DNA of 64,000 nt from a virus (IMGVR_UViG_3300037067_026422); one strand, 5' to 3'. Numbered from the stretch's first letter, positions 37,805 through 49,071 are shown. Notes: generated from the sequence alone by a model not told the origin. Made by a program: numbers and translations.

Positions 37805-38149
37805 ATGATAAAATATACAGAGAAGCAGTGGGAATGCTTATACAAAGAAGTGCTATTTGAACAGGTCAATCTTATATCCCTTGAAGCTTTTATGATAAAG
37901 AAAAATTGGTATGAAAAAAGACATATAAAAAATCTTAATACTGATCAGTATGCCGTGTACAATAAGTTACTGAATATCCAACCTAAAAAAATAGATAGAA
38001 AGAACAGATACTACTCTCAGGAGGAATATGACAATCTCTGTAAAATCAGGGAGATAATATTTAAAGTAGAATGGAAGAAACTTCCTCTCTATATAAATGA
38101 TCCTATACTCAATCCAATAATAGCATGGCGATTAAGAAGCAATATCTAA
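37805..38149 (+). CDS. PLYIN/WRLxIGK family protein
   Basis: KYTEKQ; KLPLYIND...IIAWRLRSNI. Confidence 0.8.
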   Translation: MIKYTEKQWECLYKEVLFEQVNLISLEAFMIKKNWYEKRHIKNLNTDQYAVYNKLLNIQPKKIDRKNRYYSQEEYDNLCKIREIIFKVEWKKLPLYINDPILNPIIAWRLRSNI

Positions 38150-38829
38150 TGATAGAACAATTTATGAAAATTAAGGATAAAGAAACACTGTACTGTCCAA
38201 GATGTACATCCCCACTTATACTTGGTCAGGGATATCGCAGATATCAGACTCTTGTGGAACATGTCTGTGGAGATGATAGAATTTCTGAAAAAGAATATTA
38301 TATATGTTCTTCTGAAAGGTGCCCAACAAGAATATCGGATTCCTTTTGGGATTGGTATGGTAGTTCCTATATAAGTAACTCCTGTGATCCTAAAATATTT
38401 ATTATGGAATGCTCCTCGGCCCTGAATTCAGGTCAAAGACAATTTGATATCTCCAATAAGCATATAGATATACAACTTCTACATCTTATATGGTTTCGAC
38501 TGATTCTCGAAAAATACCGTGTCCCTGATCAAATGGGTGTTAATATACTTGGATACAAGTATAAATTTAAAGGACTGGTTAAATCCGGTGCTGAGTGGTG
38601 CTATTATACTCCTGGAATAAAAATGTTCTTTTTCTGCCTAAATAAATTTAATAATGCTCGGAAAAAACTGCAGGAAAACCCTGAAAGCACGTGGAGTGAA
38701 CAGCAGATGCTTCAGGAACTCAAATGCCCAAAAGAAGACAAACGATGGTGGAAGATGCTATCCGCATGGTGGCTCAATCTTCTACACCCGGGACTCAAAG
38801 AGAAGCTACAATGCAAAAAGAAGATCTGA
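38149..38829 (+). CDS. Hypothetical protein with N-terminal zinc motif
   Basis: CPRC...EHV...CSSERC. Confidence 0.68.
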   Translation: MIEQFMKIKDKETLYCPRCTSPLILGQGYRRYQTLVEHVCGDDRISEKEYYICSSERCPTRISDSFWDWYGSSYISNSCDPKIFIMECSSALNSGQRQFDISNKHIDIQLLHLIWFRLILEKYRVPDQMGVNILGYKYKFKGLVKSGAEWCYYTPGIKMFFFCLNKFNNARKKLQENPESTWSEQQMLQELKCPKEDKRWWKMLSAWWLNLLHPGLKEKLQCKKKI

Positions 38830-39155
38830 CAAAAATAGACCTTCTTGACATAGCAATAGAAATGCATGAATCAATCCCTACTTTATTTTCTCTTTTGAAT
38901 ATCATCTTAAGAATAAGACCCACTGTTTTCCCCTTTAAATTTACATTGGAAGATATTGTGGAACCTCATATATTCTTTGACTTATTAGAGGAGGCAGCAC
39001 AGAATAGCATAGAAACTACTAATTTTATTCAACCTAAAACAGCCAAAGCAATCCTTGATGTCCTTCTCCATGAAGACCTAAATAAAATGCCCCTCCATAT
39101 CAATGATCCATTAATAGGCTGCTTAGCTATATGGCGATTAAAAAAAGGCATATAG
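38811..39155 (+). CDS. PLYIN/WRLxIGK family protein
   Basis: LNKMPLHIND...LAIWRLKKGI. Confidence 0.78.
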   Translation: MQKEDLTKIDLLDIAIEMHESIPTLFSLLNIILRIRPTVFPFKFTLEDIVEPHIFFDLLEEAAQNSIETTNFIQPKTAKAILDVLLHEDLNKMPLHINDPLIGCLAIWRLKKGI

Positions 39156-39158
39156 GAC

Positions 39159-39187
39159 TTGTTTAACTGGGTCTAAAAAAGTATATT
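39159..39187 (+). promoter_or_regulatory. sigma70-like promoter TTGTTT-17-TATATT
   Basis: Exact spacing, AAAAAAG tract. Confidence 0.78.
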
Positions 39188-39204
39188 AAGGGAGAAGGAT
39201 AAAT

Positions 39205-39501
39205 ATGAATGATGCACTTATAACCAGCTTGCGTGATATAAATCAGAGACTTAAAGAAAAGGGTACAGAGCGAATAACTAAAAACAGGATAGTGTTCAGA
39301 GTTTGGACTAAGCTACGCAATACTCAGGAATTTCACAGTGAAGCATCTACTTTGAACTTTTTTAATAAAAAATGGCCCAAAAATAAATGTCCATACTGCT
39401 CGAGTTTGTTTGGGGGCAGGAACCTTGAGAAACAAGATAATAAAGCTTGGACATTCCGATGTCCCGGATGCAAAAGCATCCTGAAAGTATTTAAAGAATA
39501 A
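39205..39501 (+). CDS. Zinc-ribbon protein
   Basis: CPYC...CPGC. Confidence 0.65.
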   Translation: MNDALITSLRDINQRLKEKGTERITKNRIVFRVWTKLRNTQEFHSEASTLNFFNKKWPKNKCPYCSSLFGGRNLEKQDNKAWTFRCPGCKSILKVFKE

Positions 39502-39518
39502 TATATCGGGGATTACTT

Positions 39519-40028
39519 ATGAAAAAAGCAATAGATCTCTCTCATGAATCGATTCTCAGTACCTCTTGGTCTCCGAAAAAAATTAAGAGTTTCCTTATTA
39601 AACTTGAAAAAGATACAGTATTCGGATATTCTGGAGCTTTTACTTATGCTGAGATCGAAGACCTCGCAGGATCATATGGTATTAAAGTAAAGCGTCTTCC
39701 TCTTCGACATCCCCTTCGGAAAAAGTATGGCGATTATATACTTAAAATTTCCAAGAGCTACATCCCGGAAGATCAGAAACCAATCCGGGTATACTTTGAT
39801 AATGTTCACCACTATGAACGTAAGATCGCCAGAGGTAACCGAAAGTGTCATGGCGGTGGGTGCTGCACGGTTATCCAGAAAGGTCAAAGTTTTATATCCT
39901 CCATAAATCTGATAGACCTCCCCAGCTGTCGCAAAGTATATAAAGAAGAAACATATTGTATCCCTTGCGCAAAGAAACTTATAAATTTTAAAGTTAAAGC
40001 ACTCAAATCCCTCATTCCTGGTAGATAA
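39519..40028 (+). CDS. Hypothetical protein with C-terminal zinc finger
   Basis: ARGNRKCHGGGC..IQKG...YCIPC. Confidence 0.62.
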   Translation: MKKAIDLSHESILSTSWSPKKIKSFLIKLEKDTVFGYSGAFTYAEIEDLAGSYGIKVKRLPLRHPLRKKYGDYILKISKSYIPEDQKPIRVYFDNVHHYERKIARGNRKCHGGGCCTVIQKGQSFISSINLIDLPSCRKVYKEETYCIPCAKKLINFKVKALKSLIPGR

Positions 40029-40030
40029 GC

Positions 40031-40474
40031 ATGGAAAAGAGTCTTTTACAGGAATATATCGGAGAAAGAAAATGGGCAGACTTTGAGTGGTGCCCGATCT
40101 GTAATTATCCCTGTGGCATCAGTGGAGTCCCCTTAGGCACCTGTGCCATAGTACCAGATGAGATATTCAAGGTACTTCCTTTTACCGTAAGAATTCTGCG
40201 CTATTACTGCTTATGCAACAGCTGCATCGATATACTTGCCAATCGTGTGGCACTCACTACTAGTATATGTGATCTTCCTCTATATATAAATTTTACAGGG
40301 TATCTCGATACTAAAGTGCTATGCCGAAGTTTAAAGGATTTCAAAAAGTATGAACACCGCCTTTACATAAATGGCTCAGGGGATTTCAGCTATCTTGATA
40401 CTGCCAACAACAGTGTCAGAAGAGCCATTAAAGATCTTATGGCAGGAAGGTCCCTTAAATTTGACTTTTCCTAA
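40031..40474 (+). CDS. Zinc-binding protein with internal DLPLYIN motif
   Basis: CPIC, CNSC, ICDLPLYIN. Confidence 0.65.
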   Translation: MEKSLLQEYIGERKWADFEWCPICNYPCGISGVPLGTCAIVPDEIFKVLPFTVRILRYYCLCNSCIDILANRVALTTSICDLPLYINFTGYLDTKVLCRSLKDFKKYEHRLYINGSGDFSYLDTANNSVRRAIKDLMAGRSLKFDFS

Positions 40475-40521
40475 ACATAAGATGGAAAAACCTCAGAGCT
40501 TTTAGAAAGGTTTATGTAACT

Positions 40522-41019
40522 ATGAAAGAAGACCTTACAGATATCTCTGTAGCTCTGTCTACCACAGGTAATCTCATAATAACGGATCAGGAAAATCAAA
40601 CTTCCCAAATTGATCTGTTTTTATGGAATATGCCTGTATGTATCGCCGAGATCCCCCTTATGACCGAAGAAATTAATGGTACTCTAAAAGAAAATATCCT
40701 TCGAGAAGTGAAGAAGTGTATGCAGGTAGTCAAAATAGATCCCTATGGTCAATCAATATTCATAGGAGAAAATCCGGATGATGAAAACACTGCCCTGGTA
40801 ACTTATACAGTGGATTACGATGCCAAAGAAATTCAAGATTTTTTCCACCGGTGGGAAGAAACGTCTCTATTGCTTTTTGAGTGTATTTTCTTTGAAGTAG
40901 ATGAGAATAACATCAGGAAGAAAATCTTTATCAGTATCCGAGGGATATGGAAGGTAGACAAATGGATGATTATAACTGACCATGATACCCCCATGACCAC
41001 AGTCCAAAGCGAAATATAA
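40522..41019 (+). CDS. Acidic hypothetical protein
   Basis: 165 aa ORF. Confidence 0.65.
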   Translation: MKEDLTDISVALSTTGNLIITDQENQTSQIDLFLWNMPVCIAEIPLMTEEINGTLKENILREVKKCMQVVKIDPYGQSIFIGENPDDENTALVTYTVDYDAKEIQDFFHRWEETSLLLFECIFFEVDENNIRKKIFISIRGIWKVDKWMIITDHDTPMTTVQSEI

Positions 41020-41241
41020 GTTTATGCCGAACGATTGTACAAAGCATGGATTCATGCGATGCGAGTTTGAGGATGATATCTGTGAGAAATGTCTTAAACA
41101 GGTAAAAGAAATATATTTCCGCCCCACGGTGAGCGGTACTGAAGGACAGTACTGGTGCCTGGAATGTATAAAGGCAGAAGAATCTGATAATGAAGCTTTC
41201 GGTAAAGAGATGCAAGCACTACCTGATGCAGGAAAACTTAT

Positions 41242-42300
41242 ATGAGAGCTACCCATTTGGAACTTCTTCAATTGGTCATGGGAGAACGATATACTCAATT
41301 GAAGGGCTATTTTGAAGCTATAAAATCCACAGATATATGTACCGATCATCCCATCGAGGAAACCCTCTTTAATTCTATTTTTTCCCCTGAAACTTGTGCA
41401 AAACTATTCGGGACCCCAGGTACCGATAGATCCTCCAGAATGCAAAGAAAAATGGACATCTCTATAATCAGACATGCTTATCATCTTTGGAAGGATAAGA
41501 ATTACTTTGAAATCACTCCAAAGCTCTGTGACATACTAAAAGATGCTGATCTTGGAGACATAGATACATTTTTTCTGCAGACCCCCTACCGATCTATGTA
41601 TATAAGTCTTCCCAAAGGCAATGGTTTTATGGTAACCAACTCGCAGAGTGGGCTTCATGAGATAGACTCCATATATCTTGTCTTTGATGATTATAAAGAA
41701 CCCCATAAAATGCTGATACCTAACAAAAATATAATCATAGAAAATGCCCTTAAGCATATTCATATGCTGGTATGTGGGGAAATTAAAGAAGAATTTGGGG
41801 ATGCTATATTGTTTTTTGATTTAATTTTCACCGAAGGTAAAGTCAGTGACTCCATCAATAAGAATAAAGAAATATTAGAGAATCCCAACCTATGGCCCCA
41901 TATAGTGGATGTATTTTATTTCGTGGTAAAAATTCTGCTTTATATAAACTGTGCCAATGTCTCTATCCGAAAAGTGGCTGGATTTGACCTCAAAACAAAA
42001 CTGAATGGGCTCAAAAGCCCTGCCAAACAACGAAAAATCATTCAGCGTTTTAATAAGATATCCCCTGAAGCCCACAGTATCCTTGATGTAGTCATAAATC
42101 ACACGCATGATATTACTGGATCTTCTGGTGAACCTTCCCACAGGCTGGGACCTAAAAGGCTTGAAAGAGTCAGGAAGCACTTCAAAGTACAAAAGTTCGG
42201 TGCAGGTCGATCTCAAGCCAAGATAATTCTGGTGGATTCCTATGTTCGGGGTGAGGGGGCGGATTTCTATCGAGATAAAAAGATTTATAAGGTTACTTGA
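41242..42300 (+). CDS. Hypothetical phage protein
   Basis: 352 aa; basic C-terminal VRKHFK.Q..G...VDSYVRG motif. Confidence 0.72.
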   Translation: MRATHLELLQLVMGERYTQLKGYFEAIKSTDICTDHPIEETLFNSIFSPETCAKLFGTPGTDRSSRMQRKMDISIIRHAYHLWKDKNYFEITPKLCDILKDADLGDIDTFFLQTPYRSMYISLPKGNGFMVTNSQSGLHEIDSIYLVFDDYKEPHKMLIPNKNIIIENALKHIHMLVCGEIKEEFGDAILFFDLIFTEGKVSDSINKNKEILENPNLWPHIVDVFYFVVKILLYINCANVSIRKVAGFDLKTKLNGLKSPAKQRKIIQRFNKISPEAHSILDVVINHTHDITGSSGEPSHRLGPKRLERVRKHFKVQKFGAGRSQAKIILVDSYVRGEGADFYRDKKIYKVT

Positions 42301-42631
42301 AAATTTTATATTAATATTTTTTGACGTATAAGTATATTCCATACAATGAATGCGGGGATATATTTGGAGGCTATGAAATTGAAGGACATTATCTTGTGCG
42401 AATGCGGAAATAAAACTTGGTTAGTCAATAATAACCATTTAGAGTGTACTTCCTGTAGTGCCAAAAAGGGACTCCCTGTGAGAGATATGCAAACAAGTCT
42501 TATAAAAGATATGGGTATCCCCCCTACTCTCCCCAATGCTATAGAGTTAGCACGTGCCCACCTTGATCGGCTACAAAGAACAAAAAAGATATTAGACCAA
42601 ATACAAAAGCTTATAGAATCGGAGTGACTTT

Positions 42632-42970
42632 ATGAAAATGATAAAGAGTGTATTGGCAATAATGACTGTTTTGGTGACAGCTTTATTTGTACAGTGTGAG
42701 GCTCCCGGTGTATCTACTCAACGCCTGGGTGGTGGAGAGGGTACTTTGCCGGAAGTCTTAAAAGGTTTAAAAGTGTATTCTGTATCAATAGGAAGGGGGG
42801 AATATATAAATGTAGCCGTAATAAATAAGGAAATTAATTCTCTTACATATATAGAAGGAAAACAACCTAAATCTGTTATAATAGTAAAAAATTCTGGATA
42901 TGATCAGCATGAGATAAAAGTAAAAGAGATCCTTCTGGAAAATAACACAATTATAATAGCAAGAAAGTAA
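42632..42970 (+). CDS. Putative lipoprotein
   Basis: Signal peptide ending FVQC. Confidence 0.6.
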   Translation: MKMIKSVLAIMTVLVTALFVQCEAPGVSTQRLGGGEGTLPEVLKGLKVYSVSIGRGEYINVAVINKEINSLTYIEGKQPKSVIIVKNSGYDQHEIKVKEILLENNTIIIARK

Positions 42971-44126
42971 CTTATGCTAATATATGATTTCCCCATCAAT
43001 ACCGAGAGCTTTGGTAGAAAATTTGATGGCATACCTATGCCTGAAGCACATAGTATCCTCCAGCCTATAGATCTGGATTATATAGTCTCTGTAGGCCCCA
43101 GATATTCTACATCTTATACTGGAAGTTGTGTGGGAGAAGCTCATGCTAATTTTACTATTTTTATAAAAATAGGGACTCCAATAACCATTACATATTACTC
43201 AGGAACAATTTACGATTTCCCTAAAGAACTATTAGACAAGTTTGAGACGGAAAGAAATAAACTAATACAAGCCTGGAAGAATAAAGATTTAGAAACAGAA
43301 TAGGAGTATATATGTCTGAGCCGATCCAACTCAATAGTGTCCCTTTCAAAAATAAATATCCCACAGTTGTCATCAGAGTGAAAGAAATAAGCATCAGTGT
43401 TATCCTCGACGAAGAGCTTTCCATTCGCCATAAGACAATAACACACAATAAATTCTCTATAAATAATGGAGAATTCTTTGGCATAATACACAAAGGTCTT
43501 TCAGGACTAATAAAAAAAGACGAAAATTATAGATTCTGGTATGATATAAAAGACGCTATCGAGATACTGGGATTGGATACCCTATAGCATGAAGGATTTT
43601 ATAGATATCGCAAAAAGAATGACAGAAGATGGTGTCACTTGGATGGAAATTATCCTTATAAGCTTTTTTATGGTAGGTGTCATACTGATATCCTTCACCG
43701 TGATAGCAGGAATCATATCTGTGATAGTAGAACTGACTAAGTCCATAATCATAGCCATAAACCGAGCAAAGAAGAATGACTATTGAAGCCAATAAAACCC
43801 TTTCCATACTGTCTACAGCCCTTATCCATGTCTTGGATATAGCCAGTGAAGGTAAAATACACGATAGTAAAGAAGTGGGTATAGTACACTCCACCATATC
43901 TAAAGACACATTCATTGTAGAGACGTGGCTTATTAAGTTCAATACTGAAACCTGTACCTTTTCAATATGTCAGGTCAATGATCCCCTATATGAAGATGGA
44001 ATGGTATTATACTGGGACATGAAGGACCCGAATAAGTTCATTAAGACAAACTTGTTCGGAGATAGAATTATAGATGAGGATGCTCTCAACGAGCCGCTAT
44101 CTGACTCCAAGGATATCTTTTAAAAG

Positions 44127-44861
44127 ATGCTTATAAGAATCACCAATAAATGTCACATGGGTTGCTCCCATTGCATGATTGAAGCTCATCCTGAAGGCGA
44201 GCACATGCCTCTTGAGCTTTATAAGAAAGTAATTGAGTTCTCCACAAAGTTTGATCGATTCTTAATATTTTTGTCTGGAGGAGAACCTACTGAACATCCT
44301 GATTTTCTGGAATGTGCTCAGATAGCCAAATTCTATGTAAAACAAAATGAGGTAGCTACCGTCCTTGTCGCCTCCAATGGCATGTTCTTAGAAAACGATA
44401 AGTATACTGATGAGATATTAAGGCTTGATATTCCTATCCAGATCACCAATGACGATCGCTTTTACCCAAAACAAATCAAGAGAATAAGTCATCCTTTATT
44501 AAACTATGTGGATCGCTTGACTCTGGTATCCCCGATGGGAAAAGCTTTAAACACCCCCGAGTTCATAAGCAGACAATCTCCTATGTGCTTTAATTTAAGA
44601 TCCATAGCTATGCACACCCATAGTTTTATTGAAACCATAGAGTACCTAAGATCACGTATGAAAATGTGTACCCCCTCCATCAACATAGATGGGTCGGTAG
44701 TATCCGGAGAATCATCAAGCTGTTATAAGTTTGGAACGGTAGCGTCTACTGGTGAGGAACTGATGGAAGGACTTACAAAAATGCATTGTGGTAAATGCGG
44801 CTTATACAAAAATCTGCAGGGACAAGCTCGGAGCATATGGGATGTGATGGAGAATGTATGA
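44127..44861 (+). CDS. Radical SAM protein
   Basis: CHMGCSHC (CxxxCxxC), SGGEPTEHP, SNG. Confidence 0.88.
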   Translation: MLIRITNKCHMGCSHCMIEAHPEGEHMPLELYKKVIEFSTKFDRFLIFLSGGEPTEHPDFLECAQIAKFYVKQNEVATVLVASNGMFLENDKYTDEILRLDIPIQITNDDRFYPKQIKRISHPLLNYVDRLTLVSPMGKALNTPEFISRQSPMCFNLRSIAMHTHSFIETIEYLRSRMKMCTPSINIDGSVVSGESSSCYKFGTVASTGEELMEGLTKMHCGKCGLYKNLQGQARSIWDVMENV

Positions 44862-45400
44862 AAAGTATCCTAACTTATTCGTTTGGTTTATTAGCTTTGA
44901 TATGGGTAGCCTTTTTTCTTGATACTGCCCTCATAAACGTTAGCTTTGCTAAAGAGTTTGGACTTATTCCAAGGACTACACATGGTCTTATAGGTATCTT
45001 TGGTATGACTTTTGCCCATGCCAATATATTTCATATCATCAGCAACTCTATACCACTACTGGTACTTATGATCTTAACAGGGGTATTTGTAAAAGGTAAC
45101 TTATCAGTAAATGTCATTATTACTACAATCATTGGGGGATCTATCCTATGGGTAATAGGTCGTGAATCCTATCATGTAGGTGCCAGTTTACTGGTTTATG
45201 GTCTTGCTGGGCTATTGGTATCCTACGGTATTTTCAGTAAAAAAGTTATCCCCGTAATAATATCCATTTTGGTCATATTCTTTTATGGAACCTCTTTCCT
45301 TATTGGTTTACTTCCTATTTTTCCGGGAGTCTCCTGGGAAGGACATCTAAGTGGGGCTATTGGTGGAATCCTTACCGCAAGACTAATCACAAAAAAGTAA
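44858..45400 (+). CDS. Rhomboid family intramembrane serine protease
   Basis: AHANIFHIISN, HVGAS, SWEGHLSG; multiple TMs. Confidence 0.88.
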   Translation: MKSILTYSFGLLALIWVAFFLDTALINVSFAKEFGLIPRTTHGLIGIFGMTFAHANIFHIISNSIPLLVLMILTGVFVKGNLSVNVIITTIIGGSILWVIGRESYHVGASLLVYGLAGLLVSYGIFSKKVIPVIISILVIFFYGTSFLIGLLPIFPGVSWEGHLSGAIGGILTARLITKK

Positions 45401-45436
45401 TATTTAACTATATGTCAATCTTAAAATAATAATGAG

Positions 45437-45829
45437 GTGCTATACATGAACATGCAGGAAATGGTACACACTAAAAATATTGGGGATGAGCTAAAATTCA
45501 AGCTATTAGATATAGTAAGACAAGAAAATGTTGTAGAAGAACTGATTAATTATATTATTGAGTTTACCCATAAAATCTCTGAATTGGATACGCTCATGGA
45601 TACCATAGGAGAGCTTAAGAGAGAGAACAAAAATTTTGAGTTTGAAGTCAATAGAAAAGATGGTACTATCCAAGAGCTTCGAGCTACCCTTAAAGAGCAG
45701 GAAAGAGCAAAAAGAATCAAAATAATGAAGTTTGATGATTATGTGACTAATTTCATTAATGGTAACAATCGCTACCCAAGCATAGACGAAACATGGAAAG
45801 CAGCCTGGAATGCTCGGAATATGCCATAA
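45437..45829 (+). CDS. Coiled-coil hypothetical protein
   Basis: 130 aa ORF. Confidence 0.6.
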   Translation: MLYMNMQEMVHTKNIGDELKFKLLDIVRQENVVEELINYIIEFTHKISELDTLMDTIGELKRENKNFEFEVNRKDGTIQELRATLKEQERAKRIKIMKFDDYVTNFINGNNRYPSIDETWKAAWNARNMP

Positions 45830-45838
45830 AAAGAGTAG

Positions 45839-45867
45839 TTGTTCTACTGAGTTTAAAAAAGTATATT
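45839..45867 (+). promoter_or_regulatory. sigma70-like promoter TTGTTC-17-TATATT
   Basis: Exact spacing, AAAAAAG tract. Confidence 0.75.
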
Positions 45868-45900
45868 ATAGAAAGAAGAGATACTAACAAGGAAAAATTA

Positions 45901-46482
45901 ATGGCACATCTGGCTAAGATCCTGATCAGAAAAGATGCTACAGACCGATTGAAGAAACTTGCCGGTCAAACTATTGAATTCTTACCCGGACTCAATATGC
46001 TGGTGGGTGAAAATGGGATCGGGAAATCTGGAATACTTTATAACCTTACTAAGCCAAAAGATAGTAAGCATAGTATAAAACTGACCACTACAGGAGCAAT
46101 TTCATTTTTTCACTTCGATACAGAAAAAATGAATCCTCGGGTGAGTACTCCATCAGGCACTTCTTTTGAGTTCGGAGTAGTCTCACGATTCATGTCTCAT
46201 GGAGAATGTCTTATCAAAGTCCTTGAGCATTTTAAAGAACTGACCGCTTCAAAACAAAAAAGTTATCTTGTTGCAGTGGATGAACCTGAAGGGGGATTAT
46301 CTCCCTGGAAGCAAAAAGAACTTCTGGATATGTATATTAAGCAATCTAAAAGAATACAAATTATCATAGCTACCCATTCTTTGGTGTTCACCAAATCCAA
46401 AGTAGGAAGACTTATAGAGCTTTCCCCAAATGGAGTACAATATTTTGATCCTCCTTGTTCTTATGATTGGAGAGGTATATAA
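45901..46482 (+). CDS. ABC/AAA-type ATPase
   Basis: GENGIGKS Walker A, MSHGE signature, VDEPEGGLS Walker B, IIATHS. Confidence 0.82.
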   Translation: MAHLAKILIRKDATDRLKKLAGQTIEFLPGLNMLVGENGIGKSGILYNLTKPKDSKHSIKLTTTGAISFFHFDTEKMNPRVSTPSGTSFEFGVVSRFMSHGECLIKVLEHFKELTASKQKSYLVAVDEPEGGLSPWKQKELLDMYIKQSKRIQIIIATHSLVFTKSKVGRLIELSPNGVQYFDPPCSYDWRGI

Positions 46483-46998
46483 TGGAACAGCTAATTTTGG
46501 CTCTTCAAATTTTTTTAAAGTATGGGAACCCCTCACGTCCGACAAATTGTGATCATGATGAGCTGACTATCTGTGGGATTTCTCCAGATGATGTCTCTGA
46601 AGAAGATAAGAAAAAATTAGCAGAATTCGGATTTTTTGTTTCCGAAAGCGATAACTGTTTCAAATCTTTCAAGTACGGAAGTGCCTGACACTTGCTATGA
46701 AAAAATCAGATAGTATAAGTAGAAAACTTAAAGGTATCGAAAAAAAGTTAGCATCAGATACCCTGGATATGATGTCCAAATATGGTATAAAGTCAATTCA
46801 ATTTGGAAGCCGCTCAATATCAAAAGATAAAAAAGAAGTAATAGAGATTCGGAAAATATCTATGCCAAAAAATAAAGAATGAAGGTAAAGCAACAGACAG
46901 TGGCTGTGCCCATGCCATAAAGCATAAACCAAGCAAATGGTGCAGGATATCCGACAAGCCCTACCTGCGTATATACATCAGATAAAGAAAGGTAAAAT

Positions 46999-47307
46999 AT
47001 GCTTAAACAATCCGTTACTCCCCAGGAAGTTTGCGATCTCCTCAACGAATTTCTGAAGTTAGACTGCAGTTGTGCCCAAAGACTATTATCCCATCATGAG
47101 GTTTGTAATGTACCAGTAGCCAACCATCCGACAATCCAAGTTCAAATGTACTACTATAATGAAGAACCCCCAAAGGTAGGTATCGTGGGAATTCTTAACG
47201 GGCTGTTTGGTACCTCTGAAAATGGAATGGGTGCTCTATGCTATGAGATAGATGGTAATGGTACAATCCTGGGTTTTAAGCTGACCCCATCCCCTAACAA
47301 AGAATAG
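46999..47307 (+). CDS. Hypothetical phage protein
   Basis: CN...NHPTIQV...GILNGLFG. Confidence 0.65.
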   Translation: MLKQSVTPQEVCDLLNEFLKLDCSCAQRLLSHHEVCNVPVANHPTIQVQMYYYNEEPPKVGIVGILNGLFGTSENGMGALCYEIDGNGTILGFKLTPSPNKE

Positions 47308-47649
47308 ATCGGTAACATGAATGAAACATTTTATGACACGCTATCATATAACACCTGAAATTTACAATGACCTTAAAATAAAAGTACTAACAGGTAAATA
47401 TGTTCAAGCGGTAAAAGAATTCAAGGACTTGGCAGGGATCTCCCTTATGGACTCCCGAGCAGCCCTACTCTCCGAGTTTAAGCTGGAATACAAGCTCAGT
47501 AGCGATATGACACTATACGCTTGTATCCAGCGAATAGAGGCTTATGAAGGAATCAATAATCTTCCTGTCGCCAGTGACCTCGGAGTCCTCCTGGAATTCG
47601 CCAGAAATCAACTATGTCAGGGATTAAATAGTAATAACCAAGGACAAAT

Positions 47650-47952
47650 ATGTCAAAAATAAATACACGAGTAGGAGCTATCCTGGGAGCCGGAAAAGAT
47701 ACGGTAGAATTCTTGGGATATGGTGTTTATGTTGGGGACTTTGTACCCACAGAAGCTGCCGGAGATATGGGAAAAATGCTGGCAGAAGCAGAGATCCCTA
47801 ATCCTAAAATAGTCCTGGATTCTGGAAAGATAGTTTATGGCTGTGAATGCTGGTGGGGGTCTGAAGAAGCTGTGCAAAAGAAATTAGCAGGATATAAGAC
47901 TGTCACTGAAGTTGATATCGATGAGATAAGAAAGAAATTCCCCCAATCCTGA
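47650..47952 (+). CDS. Hypothetical phage protein
   Basis: NPKIVLDSG.IVYGCECWWG. Confidence 0.68.
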   Translation: MSKINTRVGAILGAGKDTVEFLGYGVYVGDFVPTEAAGDMGKMLAEAEIPNPKIVLDSGKIVYGCECWWGSEEAVQKKLAGYKTVTEVDIDEIRKKFPQS

Positions 47953-47965
47953 ACTGAGTAGAAAT

Positions 47966-48688
47966 ATGAAATCATCATGTGAAATGGAACAGGCTCTTCA
48001 ACAATTCGCAGCAACCGGTCTGATCCAGCCTAAAACAGAGAACAACCAATACCTCAAGGTAGCTTACAAAGGTACAGGATTCCCTATATCTGAAAAATGG
48101 AACGTCAAAATATATACATCAGGATCAGTCGTAACTACCGATTCTAAAACTCTGTTGGATATTAGCTCAGGCAAATTCAAAGCCCCCAATACAAATCTCA
48201 AACTTATACAGATCGATGATGCAGGTTTTGGATTTCCCTTATGTGGAATAATGATTGGAATTTATGATGGAGAAAAGATATATACCGATACCTTGGATGC
48301 AAAGCTATTTCAAGGTATCGCCTACGAATCAAAACAGTATGTTAAAGAATACACCCGAAAGGGTCTTGAGATAATAAAAAAACTCGGGATAACAAAAGAA
48401 ACCCATCGAATAGAAATTTGCAGTGGTTTTATAAACAAGAATATCAAAGACCAATTAAGAGAACTTGGGTTCGAGGTCATCATAGCAGACATCAAAGGTC
48501 CGCTTCAAGATCAACTTGAACTTTTGTTCAAACAACATATCTTGGATAAAACTGGAGAAGATCTCGCCTATGATATAAAAATGATTAAAAATAGTGAAAT
48601 TTCTATGTATTACTACAGGGCTTTAGAATGGGGTAAAAAGTTCGCTCCTCATCTTCTTAAAACAGGATGGAAGGCTCTCCAGCAATGA
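47966..48688 (+). CDS. RNase HIII-like protein (RNase H fold)
   Basis: N-terminal KIYTSGSVV (TBP-like domain pattern) then IQIDDAGFGFPLCG resembling the DEAG.G motif of type 2 RNase H. Confidence 0.5.
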   Translation: MKSSCEMEQALQQFAATGLIQPKTENNQYLKVAYKGTGFPISEKWNVKIYTSGSVVTTDSKTLLDISSGKFKAPNTNLKLIQIDDAGFGFPLCGIMIGIYDGEKIYTDTLDAKLFQGIAYESKQYVKEYTRKGLEIIKKLGITKETHRIEICSGFINKNIKDQLRELGFEVIIADIKGPLQDQLELLFKQHILDKTGEDLAYDIKMIKNSEISMYYYRALEWGKKFAPHLLKTGWKALQQ

Positions 48689-48990
48689 CTCCCAACTTCG
48701 AAGCTTTTGATAAGAACTATTCTGTTGAAGAATATCAGGAATTAGAGAACTATATGGGATTAACTATCCCAGGACTCGTATTGAAGCTATTTCGACAAAA
48801 TCGACTGAGTGAATTAAGAAGAGATGATGGGAAGATATATAGATGCATCTCTGAATATCTATTTTACGATGCTATAACCTCTTTTAATTTTATGTATGTC
48901 ATACAGTTTAAGCATTTGCCTCTCCATATCAATATAAAAGATTTTAATGTCCATAAAATTATCGCTTGGAGATTAAAAATTAATAAATAA
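48685..48990 (+). CDS. PLYIN/WRLxIGK family protein
   Basis: NYSVEE; HLPLHIN...IIAWRLKINK. Confidence 0.8.
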   Translation: MTPNFEAFDKNYSVEEYQELENYMGLTIPGLVLKLFRQNRLSELRRDDGKIYRCISEYLFYDAITSFNFMYVIQFKHLPLHINIKDFNVHKIIAWRLKINK

Positions 48991-49015
48991 TTCATTCTTT
49001 TAATGTATAAATATA

Positions 49016-49044
49016 TTGACCTTTTTTATAATAAATTATATATT
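49016..49044 (+). promoter_or_regulatory. sigma70-like promoter TTGACC-17-TATATT
   Basis: Exact spacing. Confidence 0.75.
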
Positions 49045-49071
49045 GTACACACGCTCAGGAGATATTTTTAT

